A stretch of 64,000 bases of DNA from Candidatus Sericytochromatia bacterium (GCA_036676985.1 JAKFBU010000038.1:32001-96000), one strand, 5' to 3'. Counted from the first letter of the stretch, positions 8,522 through 18,599 are shown. Numbers and translations are program-made. Notes: a model not told the origin generated them from the sequence alone.

Positions 8522-10204
8522 CTAGAATCCGAACGAGATACCGGTGACCGCGAGGGTGTCGGGGGCGAAGTAGTTGGGCGCCGGCTGATCCTGCTTGAGG
8601 GGCACGGCCTCGGCCCGCACGAAGGCGGACCAGGAGTCCGTCAGCTGGTAGCTGGCCTTGCCGTGCACCAGGGCCTGCCAGCCCGTCGAGCTCGCCTTGG
8701 CCACCTGGCCGTAGCCCAGCTGCTGCAAGAGGATCGAGCCCCCGAGATCCAAGCTTAGCTTACCACGAAGCCACACGCTGTGATGGGCCGTACCGGCCTC
8801 CTGGGCGATCTCGCCGAGGGGCTGGACCGAGCGCCAGCGGTAGAAGAAGTTCTGGCTGCCCGAGTCCCACGCCTGGTACTGCGCCGAGAGCTCCCCGAGC
8901 ACCGCGTCCTGCCTCCGGCTGCCCGCATCGTTGGCGAGGCCGGGGTTGTAGGGCTGCCAGAGCCCGGAGGCGTCCGGCGCCTGGCGCCAGGCGATCCAGC
9001 GATCGGCCATGAGGTAGGAGGCCTCGGCACGGGCATGCCAGCGATCGCCCAGCCGGTGGCTCGCCGTGAGGTCGACGCGCAGGGGGACGCGCTGGTCCAG
9101 CAGCTCCCCGTAGCCCGCCACGTAGCGCCGCGACAGGTAGAGCTCCGTGAAGGTGGGCAGCCACGTCTCCGAGCGGACCTGGGCGGCGAGCTCGGTGGTG
9201 GAGGTAGGCTGGTACTTGAGGCCGAGACCCGGATCGGCGATCGCCGACCCATACAGGGACCCCAGGCCGAGCTGGGCCGTGAGCGTCAGGTCGGGGCGCA
9301 GCGCCCAGTCGTCGGTTGCCCGGACGTAGGCGTTCCAGTCGAGCCGCTTGTCGGTGCGGTGGTTGCCGAGGAGCATGCCGATCTCGGCCACGTGGGGCCA
9401 CGCACCCAGGTCCGGGCGCCAGGAGCCCGCCACCGAGCCGTCCAGCGTGAAGGTGTCGAGCCCGACCGCCGTGGGCGTGCCCACCCGGCCGAGCGACGTG
9501 TCCACCTGGAGGCCGAAGGGGCCTTCGGTCGCCTTGGCGCCCAGGTCCATGCCCTGGGCGTAGGCGTCCGCTAGCGGCGTGTAGAGCGTCGAGCGGTGCG
9601 CGACCTTGAGACCGAGCGCCAGGGCATCCAGGGACGAGGTCGCCTCGGAGGTCCCCGTGGCCTTGAGGCGCAGGCCATAGCTCGACCAGTCGTTCAGGGC
9701 CCGGCCCCAGGTCGAACCCGTGCGGCCTTCCAGCTCCCCGATGGCCGTCACCCGCTCGACGAGCTGACCCGGAGCGAGCGAGAAGGTCTGGCCGGCGTAG
9801 GCGCCGAGGTCGTAGCGATGGGGGCCCGAGGTGCCCACCCGGAGCTGCTGATAGCCGGGCAGGGGCGAGGCGAGCTGCTCCTTGACCGCGTGCAGGTCGG
9901 GGCTCACGCTCTCCGAGGCCCGCGAGAGGTAGTAGTCCAGGTCGAGGGCCGTCTTGGGACGCGGCAGTGTGAAGGGCATGGCCCCCGGCTCGTCCGGGTT
10001 CAGCTTGTTGCCCGGCAGCAAGGGACCCGCCGTCTCGTCCTCGCCCCGGATCAGGACCGACGGCAGGTTCACGGGCAGCTTCTCGGCGCTGTCGAGGGCG
10101 GGCTTGGGGGCGGCGGGTTTTTCGGGGGCCACGGCCGCGGCGGGCATCGCCAGGAGTCCCAAGAGCAGGGCGGCGAGCGGCATGTGGGGGTGGTTCGCGC
10201 GCAT
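8522..10204 (-). CDS. Putative outer-membrane beta-barrel protein (TonB-dependent receptor-like)
   Basis: AGGAG RBS/ATG 10204, signal peptide, alternating beta-strand pattern, C-terminal ISFGF beta-signal. Confidence 0.6.
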   Translation of the reverse strand: MRANHPHMPLAALLLGLLAMPAAAVAPEKPAAPKPALDSAEKLPVNLPSVLIRGEDETAGPLLPGNKLNPDEPGAMPFTLPRPKTALDLDYYLSRASESVSPDLHAVKEQLASPLPGYQQLRVGTSGPHRYDLGAYAGQTFSLAPGQLVERVTAIGELEGRTGSTWGRALNDWSSYGLRLKATGTSEATSSLDALALGLKVAHRSTLYTPLADAYAQGMDLGAKATEGPFGLQVDTSLGRVGTPTAVGLDTFTLDGSVAGSWRPDLGAWPHVAEIGMLLGNHRTDKRLDWNAYVRATDDWALRPDLTLTAQLGLGSLYGSAIADPGLGLKYQPTSTTELAAQVRSETWLPTFTELYLSRRYVAGYGELLDQRVPLRVDLTASHRLGDRWHARAEASYLMADRWIAWRQAPDASGLWQPYNPGLANDAGSRRQDAVLGELSAQYQAWDSGSQNFFYRWRSVQPLGEIAQEAGTAHHSVWLRGKLSLDLGGSILLQQLGYGQVAKASSTGWQALVHGKASYQLTDSWSAFVRAEAVPLKQDQPAPNYFAPDTLAVTGISFGF

Positions 10205-10206
10205 CG

Positions 10207-13194
10207 CTATCTCCTGTTCACGTTCTGGTCGATCCATTTGAGGCGCTCGCGAGCCTCCGCGCGCTCGGCGGCGGGCATCTTGGCGTTGCCCACGAGCAGC
10301 TGGTAGGTCTTGGTCGCGTCCTTCCAGCGGCGCAGGTGCTCATAGGCCTCACCCTGCTTGAGCCAGGCGAGGGCCTGCCACTCGGGACCGACGCCGGCGG
10401 GCACCTTGAGCTTGGCGAGCTCGTTGGCCGCGTCCTCGTAGCGGCGGGCCGACACCAGGGTGTAGCCGAGCCAGTAGCGCGCCTGGACCGCACTAAGTGT
10501 GCCCGCCCTGGAGGCCTTCTCGGCCTGCCGGTAGGCGACGGCGGCCTCGGTGAAGTTGCCGCGCTTGAGCTCGATTTGGCCGATGCGCAGGTAGGCCGCC
10601 ATGGCCACCTCACCCGTGCCGCCGAGTCGCTTGGCGAGCTCCTCGTAGGCTGTGAGCGCGAGCTCGTCCTTGCCGCTCTTGGCGTAGGCGGCGGCGATCG
10701 CGACCGCTCCCTTCAAGAGGGCCGGGTGCTTGGGCGACTGCTTGGCGAGCAGGGCGTAGACCGCCCTGGCCTCCGCCGGGTTGCCGGCCTCCAGGTACCG
10801 GTCGGCGAGCTCGGCGAGCCAGTCCACCTGGCGTGGGCCCGGGATGCGCGCGATGGAGTCGAGCGTCGAGAGCCCCGCCTCGGTGTCTCCCGCCTGGCGG
10901 TAGGCGACCGAGAGCAGGTATCGCTGGTCCAACGTCGGCTGGTCGATGGCCGACAGGGCCTTGACGGCGTCCGCGGGACGCTTCTGGTCCAGGTAGCCCT
11001 GGGCCGCGCGGTAGAGGGCGTCCGCCGCCCAGAGGGAGCCCGTGGCCTGGGGCAGCGCGATCGCCAGCGCCCCGTCGTAGTCCTTCTTCGCGAGCTTCGC
11101 CTGCGTCAGGGGATGCGCCAGCTCGGCGCGGTCCTTCTCCGGACGCTTGGTGTCGGTGTAGATGGCCTCGTAGGCGGCAATCGCCTTGTCCAGCTGGCCT
11201 GCGTTGTAGTAGGCGGCCCCGATCCGCGCCTCGGCCTCGGAGCGCTCCTCCGGGGTGGCCTTGGCGTCGGCGAGGATGGCCTCGAAGCGCTTCACGGCCT
11301 CTTCGAACTTGCCTAGCCGGAAGTGGGCCTGGCCCGTGAGGCTGCGCACGCGGTTGACCTTGTCATGGGTGGCGAGGCGCTCCTCGAAGCTCGCGCCCCA
11401 CTTGACGGCCTCGTCGTTCGAGCCGAGGCGGAAGCTCGCGTAGGTCAGCCCGTAGAGGACGTCCGGCAAGGCGTTGGCATCCAATTGGCTCGAGTAGAGC
11501 TGGTTGTAGGTGGCGTTCGCGCCCGCCCAGTCGTGCTGGTGCAGCTGCAAGGAGCCCAGGCGCAGGAGGGCATCCTGGCGCATGCCGCCCTTGAGGCCGG
11601 ACGAGGCCTGCTTGAAGGACTTGAGGGCCGCGTCGTAGCGCTGCAGCTGGTAGGCCGAGTAGCCCTGGCCGTAGGCCGCCTCGGCAGCGAGGCTCGAGCC
11701 CGGGTAGGCCTTGAGGAAGCGCGCGTAGAGGTTGACGGCCTGTGCGAAGTCCCCCGTGCGGTAGGTGGCCTCGGCGAGCCAGTAAAGGGCGTCCTCGCCG
11801 TAGCGGCTGTCGACCACGTCCTTGAGGAAGGAGGCCGCCGCCGGGTAATCGCCCGTGCGGAAGTGGGCGAGGCCCAGGCGGAAGGTCACGGCGTCGCCCT
11901 TGCCCTCGAGGAAGGTCAGGTCGCCCTCGGTCTTGGCCATGTCCGTGTAGACGGCGATGGCCTCGCCATACTTCTTGAGGGCCAGCAGGCTCTCGGCCAA
12001 GAGCCAGCGGGTGGGACCGCGCTGGGAGCTCTTGGGGTAGGTCTTGAGGAGCTTGCGCGCGTACTCCGCGCAGTCCGCATAGCGCTTGTCGTTGTACGCC
12101 AGGTCCGCGAGGCCGAACAGGGCGAGCTCCGCGTACTGGTTGGGTGTCGCGTCGGCCGCGGCCTTCTCGAAGGCGTCGCGGGCAGGCTCCGGAGCGCCCA
12201 GTTCCAGGTTCACGCGCCCCAGGGCGTAGAGGACCGCAGGGCGGGCGATGCTCTTGGAGTACTTGGAAAGCCAGCGCTCCAAGAGGGGCTTGGCGCCCTT
12301 GGCGTCGCCCAGCTGCCAGCGTGCATAGGCCTCGGCGTACTCGGCCGGCTCGCTCCAGCGGGTGCCGGGTTTGACCATGGCATAGGTTGAGCGCGCCATG
12401 CGCCAGTTGCCTGCCATGGCGTAGCCCTCGCCCGCGAGGAACTGGGCCCGGGCCACCAGCTCGGGGTCCGTGCTGTCCTTGGCGAGGGCCATGAGCTCGT
12501 CGGACGCCAAGAGCGGCTTGCCCAGTCTCAGGTACTGGTTGGAGAGCATGAGGCGGGAGGGCACGACCTGCGCGCTCTTGGGAAAGAGGCGCACCGCCTC
12601 GCGCCAGGACCAGATGGCCCGCGCCGGGTTGGCGAGCCGCTCGTAGCACCAGCCCATGGCGAATGCCGCATGCTCGCGGCTCGCGGCCGCGGAGCCCTCG
12701 TCGAAGACGCCCCGATACAGCTCGAGGGCGTCCGCGTAGCGCGTCCGCTCGAACCAGGCGTCCGCGAGCTCGAGCCGGAGCAAGTCCTTTTCGGGGCCCG
12801 TGAGCATGCCCTGCAGGGCCACGAGGAGGGCGTCCGCCCGGGCGTCGTCGCCCGCGGCCCGGTGCAGGGCGGCGAGCTCCTTCTGGGCCCGGGGGTACCA
12901 GAGGCTGTGCGAGGGAACGGACTCGAGGCGTTCCTGGGCGACGGGCACGTCGCCGAGACGACGCTCGACCACGCCCAGGTAGTAGCTGCCGCGGTGGCGG
13001 TCCTCGCCCAGCATGCGGGCCAGATCGTCGCGCAGCTCCTCGCGGGCCACCCGGTAGGCGCGCCGTTCGATCAGGGTCTCGAGGCGGCTCCAGTCCATCG
13101 GAGCCGAGGCGGCCCAGGCCGGGAGGCCGAAGCTGCTCAAGCCGATCGCGATCGCCAGCGCGAGGGGAAGGCGGTGTGTCGAGCGTTTTGCCAA
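10207..13194 (-). CDS. Large exported tetratricopeptide-repeat protein
   Basis: Signal peptide ending PAWA; many TPR repeats (ALYWLAEATY, YP.S..A.EA.Y) over ~995 aa. Confidence 0.85.
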   Translation of the reverse strand: MAKRSTHRLPLALAIAIGLSSFGLPAWAASAPMDWSRLETLIERRAYRVAREELRDDLARMLGEDRHRGSYYLGVVERRLGDVPVAQERLESVPSHSLWYPRAQKELAALHRAAGDDARADALLVALQGMLTGPEKDLLRLELADAWFERTRYADALELYRGVFDEGSAAASREHAAFAMGWCYERLANPARAIWSWREAVRLFPKSAQVVPSRLMLSNQYLRLGKPLLASDELMALAKDSTDPELVARAQFLAGEGYAMAGNWRMARSTYAMVKPGTRWSEPAEYAEAYARWQLGDAKGAKPLLERWLSKYSKSIARPAVLYALGRVNLELGAPEPARDAFEKAAADATPNQYAELALFGLADLAYNDKRYADCAEYARKLLKTYPKSSQRGPTRWLLAESLLALKKYGEAIAVYTDMAKTEGDLTFLEGKGDAVTFRLGLAHFRTGDYPAAASFLKDVVDSRYGEDALYWLAEATYRTGDFAQAVNLYARFLKAYPGSSLAAEAAYGQGYSAYQLQRYDAALKSFKQASSGLKGGMRQDALLRLGSLQLHQHDWAGANATYNQLYSSQLDANALPDVLYGLTYASFRLGSNDEAVKWGASFEERLATHDKVNRVRSLTGQAHFRLGKFEEAVKRFEAILADAKATPEERSEAEARIGAAYYNAGQLDKAIAAYEAIYTDTKRPEKDRAELAHPLTQAKLAKKDYDGALAIALPQATGSLWAADALYRAAQGYLDQKRPADAVKALSAIDQPTLDQRYLLSVAYRQAGDTEAGLSTLDSIARIPGPRQVDWLAELADRYLEAGNPAEARAVYALLAKQSPKHPALLKGAVAIAAAYAKSGKDELALTAYEELAKRLGGTGEVAMAAYLRIGQIELKRGNFTEAAVAYRQAEKASRAGTLSAVQARYWLGYTLVSARRYEDAANELAKLKVPAGVGPEWQALAWLKQGEAYEHLRRWKDATKTYQLLVGNAKMPAAERAEARERLKWIDQNVNRR

Positions 13195-13303
13195 GTGGCC
13201 CCCCTGAATGGTTCAAACCGCGCCATTCGGCGCGTCGTAGCTCATTATAGGAGGGTGTTGGGGGGCTGTAAAGGCGCCTAGGACGCCGCTATCGTCCCAA
13301 TGG

Positions 13304-14122
13304 CTAGGGGTTGGCGCTTCCGGGGGTGCAGGGATCCGAGCTCGTGTTGGGATTGGCCATGTTGACCAGGTACGAAACGGCCCACATGAGCGGCCCCGAG
13401 GTGGTCACGTCTCCGGTCTTGGCGTTGACGACCACCGTCGGCGTCCAGCTGCGGTCCTCGATGAAGACCCACTGCGGCCCGAAGCCCACCAGGTGGAGCA
13501 GGGTGGCCGTGACGTACTTGCCGGGCCGGTAGCCGGCGCGCTTGGCCCGGGCGTAGGCGTCGCGGGCCTGCCACGGGTGCATGTCGTAGGCGTCGCGCAG
13601 GATGAGGAAGGCGTCCTTGAAGTCGGACCCGTCGCACTCGACCCGCTCGAGGCGGTTGCGCGTGAACGAGTACTCGAGCCGGAGCTGACGGTTGGTCTTG
13701 GGCGAGTAGTAGACGTGCCGGACCTTGCCGAGCAGCGAGATGCCCCAGAAGCCCCAACCGACGTACACCTGGCGCGCGTCCGGCTGCCAGGCCCGGGCGA
13801 GCTCCTGGGCGCGATCCTGGGTGTCCCCGGGCAGGATCTGGACGGATTGGCCGCCCTCCTCCTCGGTGCCGAGGCTCATGAGGCCCTTGACCAGGCCGCC
13901 CCGGTCGCCGATGGCGCGCAGCGTCTCGAAGGGCAGCTCGGAGGCCGCCGCGGCGGGCCGGGTGACCGCGAGCGGCAGGTCGGCCGGAGCGTCCGGCAGG
14001 ACCGCGGCGGGAGCCGGAGCGGCCGAGCGGGGCGCCGCCAAGGGCGCGCTCGCCGGCATGGGCGCGCGCTGGCAACCGGCCAGGAGCAGCCCGAGCAGTA
14101 CGCACGCTTTCAGCTTCGCCAT
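13304..14122 (-). CDS. Hypothetical lipoprotein
   Basis: GGAGG RBS, lipobox LLAGC, Pro/Ala linker, C-terminal PepSY-like VVVNAKTGDV. Confidence 0.7.
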   Translation of the reverse strand: MAKLKACVLLGLLLAGCQRAPMPASAPLAAPRSAAPAPAAVLPDAPADLPLAVTRPAAAASELPFETLRAIGDRGGLVKGLMSLGTEEEGGQSVQILPGDTQDRAQELARAWQPDARQVYVGWGFWGISLLGKVRHVYYSPKTNRQLRLEYSFTRNRLERVECDGSDFKDAFLILRDAYDMHPWQARDAYARAKRAGYRPGKYVTATLLHLVGFGPQWVFIEDRSWTPTVVVNAKTGDVTTSGPLMWAVSYLVNMANPNTSSDPCTPGSANP

Positions 14123-14144
14123 CCGCCCTCCAAAAGCTAAAGGG

Positions 14145-14175
14145 GAGGTTAACCGTTTAAGGAAAGGTTAACCTC
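14145..14175. promoter_or_regulatory. Candidate operator upstream of the lipoprotein gene
   Basis: GAGGTTAACC-N11-GGTTAACCTC perfect inverted repeat containing TTAA-N7-TTAA (14157-14171). Confidence 0.45.
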
Positions 14176-14210
14176 AGGATAGCGAAGCCTTCGGAAGCTT
14201 GTCAATAGGC

Positions 14211-15572
14211 CTAGCGCTGGATGGCCTTGCTGGCGTCGAGGATGCCGTGGCCGTAGTAGACGGGGTCCGCCCCCCCGGCGGTCGCGGCGAGCAGGATCTG
14301 CTCCATGAGGGCCGGCTTGAGGGGCCCGTGCGCCGAGCGAGCGAGCGCCGCCACGCCCGAGACGTAGGCCGTGGCCATGCTGGTGCCGCCGAGGAACATG
14401 TGGGGCGCGGGCCCCACCTTGAAGCCCTGGTCCTCGTGGGGCAGGGCCTGGTTGCTCCAGGTGCTGAGCACCAGGTCGGTCTTGTGCACCACGGGCGTGT
14501 AGGTCTCGGGATCGAGGCCCATGCCGCCGCCGGGCGCGGCCACGTCGAGGTAGCCCTGGCCGAAGTTCGAGTAGAAGGCGTAATTCGTGGGGTTCTGGCC
14601 GTTGAAGGGGCCGACGGCTCCGACCACGATGCCGGTTCCGGCTTCGGCGGGCAGCACGAAGTGGCCGTCGATGGGGATCTGCTGGCCGAAGTTGCCCGCG
14701 GCGATCACGACCACCGCCCCGCGCGACTGCGCATGGCGGATGGCCGCGGCGTAGGCCCCCTTGAGCCGCCCGCCCGTCGCGTTCTTCTCCCAGAGCCCCT
14801 CGAGGCTCAGGTTGATGACGGAGGCGCCCTGGCTCACGGCGTAGTCGATGCCGCGGATGATGCCGTAGTCGTTGCCCTGGCCGGTGGCGTCGAGCACCTT
14901 GATGGGCAGGATCGTGGCCTGCGGGGCCACGCCCGCGACGCCGTACCCGTTGCGGGCGGCGGCGATGATGCCCGCCACGTGGCTGCCGTGCCCGTTGCGA
15001 TCCACGAGGTCCGGCTCGTGCGGCACGAAGGAGCGCCCGTGGGCGAGATCCAGGTTGGGAGCGAGGTCCTGGTTGGTGGCGTCCACCCCCGAGTCGAGGA
15101 CGGCCACGACGGTGCCGCGGCCCTGGAAGCCCGCCTCCCAGGCGGAGCGGACCTTGCCGACGTCGAGGCCCCACTGGTAGCCGGAGAGGGGCTCGCCCTC
15201 GGGGCCGGGCTTGGCGGGGAGGTCGGCGTCGAGCGACGTGTCGCTGGCCGCGGAGGCCAGGATCGTCCGGCCGAGCATAGGGCGCGGGGCGGTCAGCGGG
15301 GCGCTGTCCACCCCGGGCGTCTCGGCCAGGCGCTGCATGAAGTTGGGGTCGGTGGTCTGGACCACCATGCCGCCCAGGCCGTCCAGGCTCTCCGTCACCT
15401 TGCCGCCGGCGGCGACGATGGCCGCGGCCACCTCCTCGGGGCTCCGCGCGGGATCGGGGAGCACCACGTAGCTCGTGGGGGTGGCGGGAGGCGCCCCCGG
15501 CACGCTGCAGGCGGCCAGGAGGGCGGCGATCGCCAGGGGGGGAAGTCGGCGTAGCCTCTGGAACGTGCCCAC
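14211..15572 (-). CDS. S8 subtilisin-family serine protease, lipoprotein
   Basis: GAGGAG RBS/GTG 15572; lipobox LLAAC; VAVLDSG, HGSHVAG, AAGN, GTSMA. Confidence 0.9.
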   Translation of the reverse strand: MGTFQRLRRLPPLAIAALLAACSVPGAPPATPTSYVVLPDPARSPEEVAAAIVAAGGKVTESLDGLGGMVVQTTDPNFMQRLAETPGVDSAPLTAPRPMLGRTILASAASDTSLDADLPAKPGPEGEPLSGYQWGLDVGKVRSAWEAGFQGRGTVVAVLDSGVDATNQDLAPNLDLAHGRSFVPHEPDLVDRNGHGSHVAGIIAAARNGYGVAGVAPQATILPIKVLDATGQGNDYGIIRGIDYAVSQGASVINLSLEGLWEKNATGGRLKGAYAAAIRHAQSRGAVVVIAAGNFGQQIPIDGHFVLPAEAGTGIVVGAVGPFNGQNPTNYAFYSNFGQGYLDVAAPGGGMGLDPETYTPVVHKTDLVLSTWSNQALPHEDQGFKVGPAPHMFLGGTSMATAYVSGVAALARSAHGPLKPALMEQILLAATAGGADPVYYGHGILDASKAIQR

Positions 15573-15668
15573 GCGATCTCTCCTCAAAAAAACACTCGAG
15601 CGATGACCCACCGGGGTTATACATCGCTCGAGCGTAGAGTTAACGAGAGAAACGAGGGTTATTTGGGC

Positions 15669-17126
15669 CTATTCGGCGTGCACCGCGTTGTAGACGTTGA
15701 GGCGACCGTGGCCGTAGTTCGCGTCGAAGCCCTTGGCGCCGAGGTCGTCGGCCGTCTTGTAGAGGAGCTGCGCCAGCTGCTCGGGCTTCATCTTGCCCTT
15801 CTCCGCGAGGACCAGGGCGGCGGCACCCGCCACGTGCGGGGCGGCCATGCTGGTGCCCGCCAGGTACATGAAGGGGCTCGGGCCCACCGGGAAGACGCCG
15901 AAGAGCAGCTGATCCAGGGCGTGGGTGCTCCAGGTGCTCAGGACCATGTCCTCCATCGCGACCGGGAAGACGCCGAACTCGGGGTCGTAGGCCACGCCGC
16001 CGCCGGGGGCGGCCAGGTCCGTGATCTTGCGGCCGTGGTCACTGTAGAGCGCCGGCGCGTCGAAGTCCTGCTGGCCGACCGGGCCCGTGGCCGAGACGCC
16101 CACGTTCTGGCTGCCGGCGTCGACAGGCAGGTAGACGTTGCCGGAGGTGTCCGCGTTCTCGCCGTAGTTGCCGGTGGCCGACACGACGAAGGTGCCCTGC
16201 TTGGTGGCGTAGTCGATGGCCGCGCGGAAGCCCTTGCTCATGATCTTGGCTTCCTTGCTGCCGACCGGGAAGCGGTCCTCGAGGCTCATGTTGATGACGT
16301 CGGCGCCCGCGTCGGCGGCGTAGACGATGCCCGCCATGATGCCGAAGTTGTCGCCAAAGCCCGAGGCGTCGAGCACCTTGACGCTGATGAGGGTGGTCTT
16401 GGGGGCCACGCCCACCACGCCGAAGCCGTTCTGGTTGGCGCCGATGATGCCCGCCACGTGGCTGCCGTGGCCGTTGAGATCCAGGACGCCGACCGCGGCG
16501 TCGGGGCCGTAGTCGATGAAGGACTTGGACAGCTGCGGGTCGAAGTTCTCTGCGAACTCGGGGTTGTCGAAGTCGATGCCGGTGTCGAGCACGGCCACCT
16601 TGACGGCGGGGCTGCCCAGCTTATCCTCGGCCTCGGTCTTGTCCGCGCCGATCTGGTTCATGTTCCAGCTGAAGCTCATGGTCCGGGGCTCGCTGCCGGG
16701 GGGCATCAGCTCGGCGATCTTGGGATTGCCGGCCGCGACCGAGCCGCTCAGGCGGAAGGCCTCGAAGTCCTTCATGGCGCCGTCGACGCCCTTGATGGCC
16801 TGGGCCTTGGCGAGGAAGTCCGCGTCCGTCGAGGCGACGCCGATGATGCCGAGCTCGCTGGGCAGGTTGCCGACCAGCTCGCCGCCGGCGGCCACCAGGG
16901 CGCTGGTCACCTGGGCGGCGTCAGCGTCCGCCTGCAGGCTCACGAGATACTGCTGCTTGCCCTGGTGCAGGGCGTCTCGCCGAGCCGGGGCCGCCTGATC
17001 GAACGAAGCGCCGGCGATCTGGCCGACCGAGGGGCGGTTGACGTTGGAGGGAGCGGCGTTGCAACCCAGCAATAAGGATGTTGCCAGCAGCGTGGGGATA
17101 GCGAAGCGACGAATAGAAGCGCTCAT
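15669..17126 (-). CDS. S8 subtilisin-family serine protease, lipoprotein (paralog of neighbour)
   Basis: Lipobox LLLGC; VAVLDTG, HGSHVAG, ATGN, GTSMAAPHVAG. Confidence 0.9.
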   Translation of the reverse strand: MSASIRRFAIPTLLATSLLLGCNAAPSNVNRPSVGQIAGASFDQAAPARRDALHQGKQQYLVSLQADADAAQVTSALVAAGGELVGNLPSELGIIGVASTDADFLAKAQAIKGVDGAMKDFEAFRLSGSVAAGNPKIAELMPPGSEPRTMSFSWNMNQIGADKTEAEDKLGSPAVKVAVLDTGIDFDNPEFAENFDPQLSKSFIDYGPDAAVGVLDLNGHGSHVAGIIGANQNGFGVVGVAPKTTLISVKVLDASGFGDNFGIMAGIVYAADAGADVINMSLEDRFPVGSKEAKIMSKGFRAAIDYATKQGTFVVSATGNYGENADTSGNVYLPVDAGSQNVGVSATGPVGQQDFDAPALYSDHGRKITDLAAPGGGVAYDPEFGVFPVAMEDMVLSTWSTHALDQLLFGVFPVGPSPFMYLAGTSMAAPHVAGAAALVLAEKGKMKPEQLAQLLYKTADDLGAKGFDANYGHGRLNVYNAVHAE

Positions 17127-17261
17127 AGCACCTTCCTTTTTCGGTGAGACCGTACCTACTGGGCTCTTACCCTTGGTAGCTCACGATTTTCTCACGAAAA
17201 CGAAGATTTAATGAAGACTGAAAGCCGGTTAGCGGCCTCTTATCAATCGAGCGAAGGTCCC

Positions 17262-18599
17262 CTAGAGGCCCAGGTGCTTGCCCCAGAACCGGAAGGCCAG
17301 GACGGCGAGCAACCCGACCGTGCCCAGGCCGAGCAGACCGTAGATGGTCAGGATGGCGGCCTCCCGGGGGGGGACGGACCCGGTGGGGCGACCGGTCAGT
17401 TTCTTCCCTATATAGGAAAAGGCCCTGGCCTGGAGGTTGGGGAGGGCGAGCAGATCCTCCGTCAGGTAGTAGCCGTCCAGGCGGGCGAACGGGATGAGGT
17501 TGAAGGCGCCGGCGGCCACGCTGATGATGGCGAGGTCCAGGGCCAGGGTCCGTCCTCCGGTCGTGAGGGGCAGCCAGGCCCAGGCCAGCATGCACAGGGC
17601 GGCCAGGCCGAACTGGTAGTAAAGGCCCGCCAGGCTCACGGCGACTCGGCCCCTGAGTGACAGGCGATGGGCTTCGCTGGTGTCGCAGAAGCCGAAGGGC
17701 ATGCCGATGAACAGCATGACGCCCATCTGGCGCACGGTGGCCCCGAGGGCGGTGGAGACGGCCGCATGGCCGAACTCATGCACGGCCAGGGAGAGGAAGA
17801 GGAGCGCGTAGATGCGCCCCAGGTGCAGGGAGTCGTACTGGTTGGAGAGCGCCTGCACCTCGGCCATGACCTCCGAGGCATGCAAGACGCCGAGTGCGGC
17901 GGCCGTGAGGGCGATGGGCAGCCAGACCGCCGAGAGGAAGCCGAGCGAGCTCGTGGGCTTCAGCACCGGCAGGCACGCATGCAGGAGGCGGCTCGGGTCC
18001 CAGAGGGGCAGCCGCCAGATGAGCCAGTCGAGGCCGGAACGACGGCGGCCGGTGGCGGTGGGAGCGTCCGGATCCTGCAGGAGGCCGGCGTCCCAGAGCC
18101 GCGCCCCGAGGTCCGCGACCTGACCCGGCGTGATCAGCAGCCCCTGGGAGTGCCAGACGGCGTTCAGGATCTCGGCGTAGGTCCGGGAGGTGGCGATCGC
18201 CTCGGCCACCGCGAACTCGGCGGCATCGAAGCGCATGTAGACGCCGAGCGGGGCGACACCCGCCACGATGAGCTCGCGCTGTCCCTCCATGACCGGGCTG
18301 GTGCGCAGGTCCGGGTGCCATGCGAGGCGCTCCAAGGACGACCAAACGGGGTGTGCGGCCAGGCGCTGTGCCTCGAGGGCCGCATCGATCTGGGGCTTGG
18401 TACAGACGCCCGCCCCTACGAGCAGCTCCCCGAGCCGGGTTGACTCCCGTTTTTGTCGTTCCAGGGCAAACGACACGTCGTCGGAAGAGCAATATCCCTG
18501 CCTGATCAGCAGCTCACCAAGCCGAAAGACGCCTGGTCGGAACTCCAGGAAGGCCTCTGCGAGAGGAGGAAGGGGCGAGCCGCCTGAAAGGGTCGTCAT
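17262..18599 (-). CDS. M50 (site-2-like) membrane metalloprotease with N-terminal tandem MshEN motif and RRE-like domain
   Basis: RLGELLIRQGYCSSDDVSFALERQ-KREST-RLGELLVGAGVCTKPQIDAALEAQ; GVYMRFDAAEFAVAEAI..TYAEI..LWDAGLL; HEFGH; NLIPFARLDG; several TM helices. Confidence 0.85.
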   Translation of the reverse strand: MTTLSGGSPLPPLAEAFLEFRPGVFRLGELLIRQGYCSSDDVSFALERQKRESTRLGELLVGAGVCTKPQIDAALEAQRLAAHPVWSSLERLAWHPDLRTSPVMEGQRELIVAGVAPLGVYMRFDAAEFAVAEAIATSRTYAEILNAVWHSQGLLITPGQVADLGARLWDAGLLQDPDAPTATGRRRSGLDWLIWRLPLWDPSRLLHACLPVLKPTSSLGFLSAVWLPIALTAAALGVLHASEVMAEVQALSNQYDSLHLGRIYALLFLSLAVHEFGHAAVSTALGATVRQMGVMLFIGMPFGFCDTSEAHRLSLRGRVAVSLAGLYYQFGLAALCMLAWAWLPLTTGGRTLALDLAIISVAAGAFNLIPFARLDGYYLTEDLLALPNLQARAFSYIGKKLTGRPTGSVPPREAAILTIYGLLGLGTVGLLAVLAFRFWGKHLGL

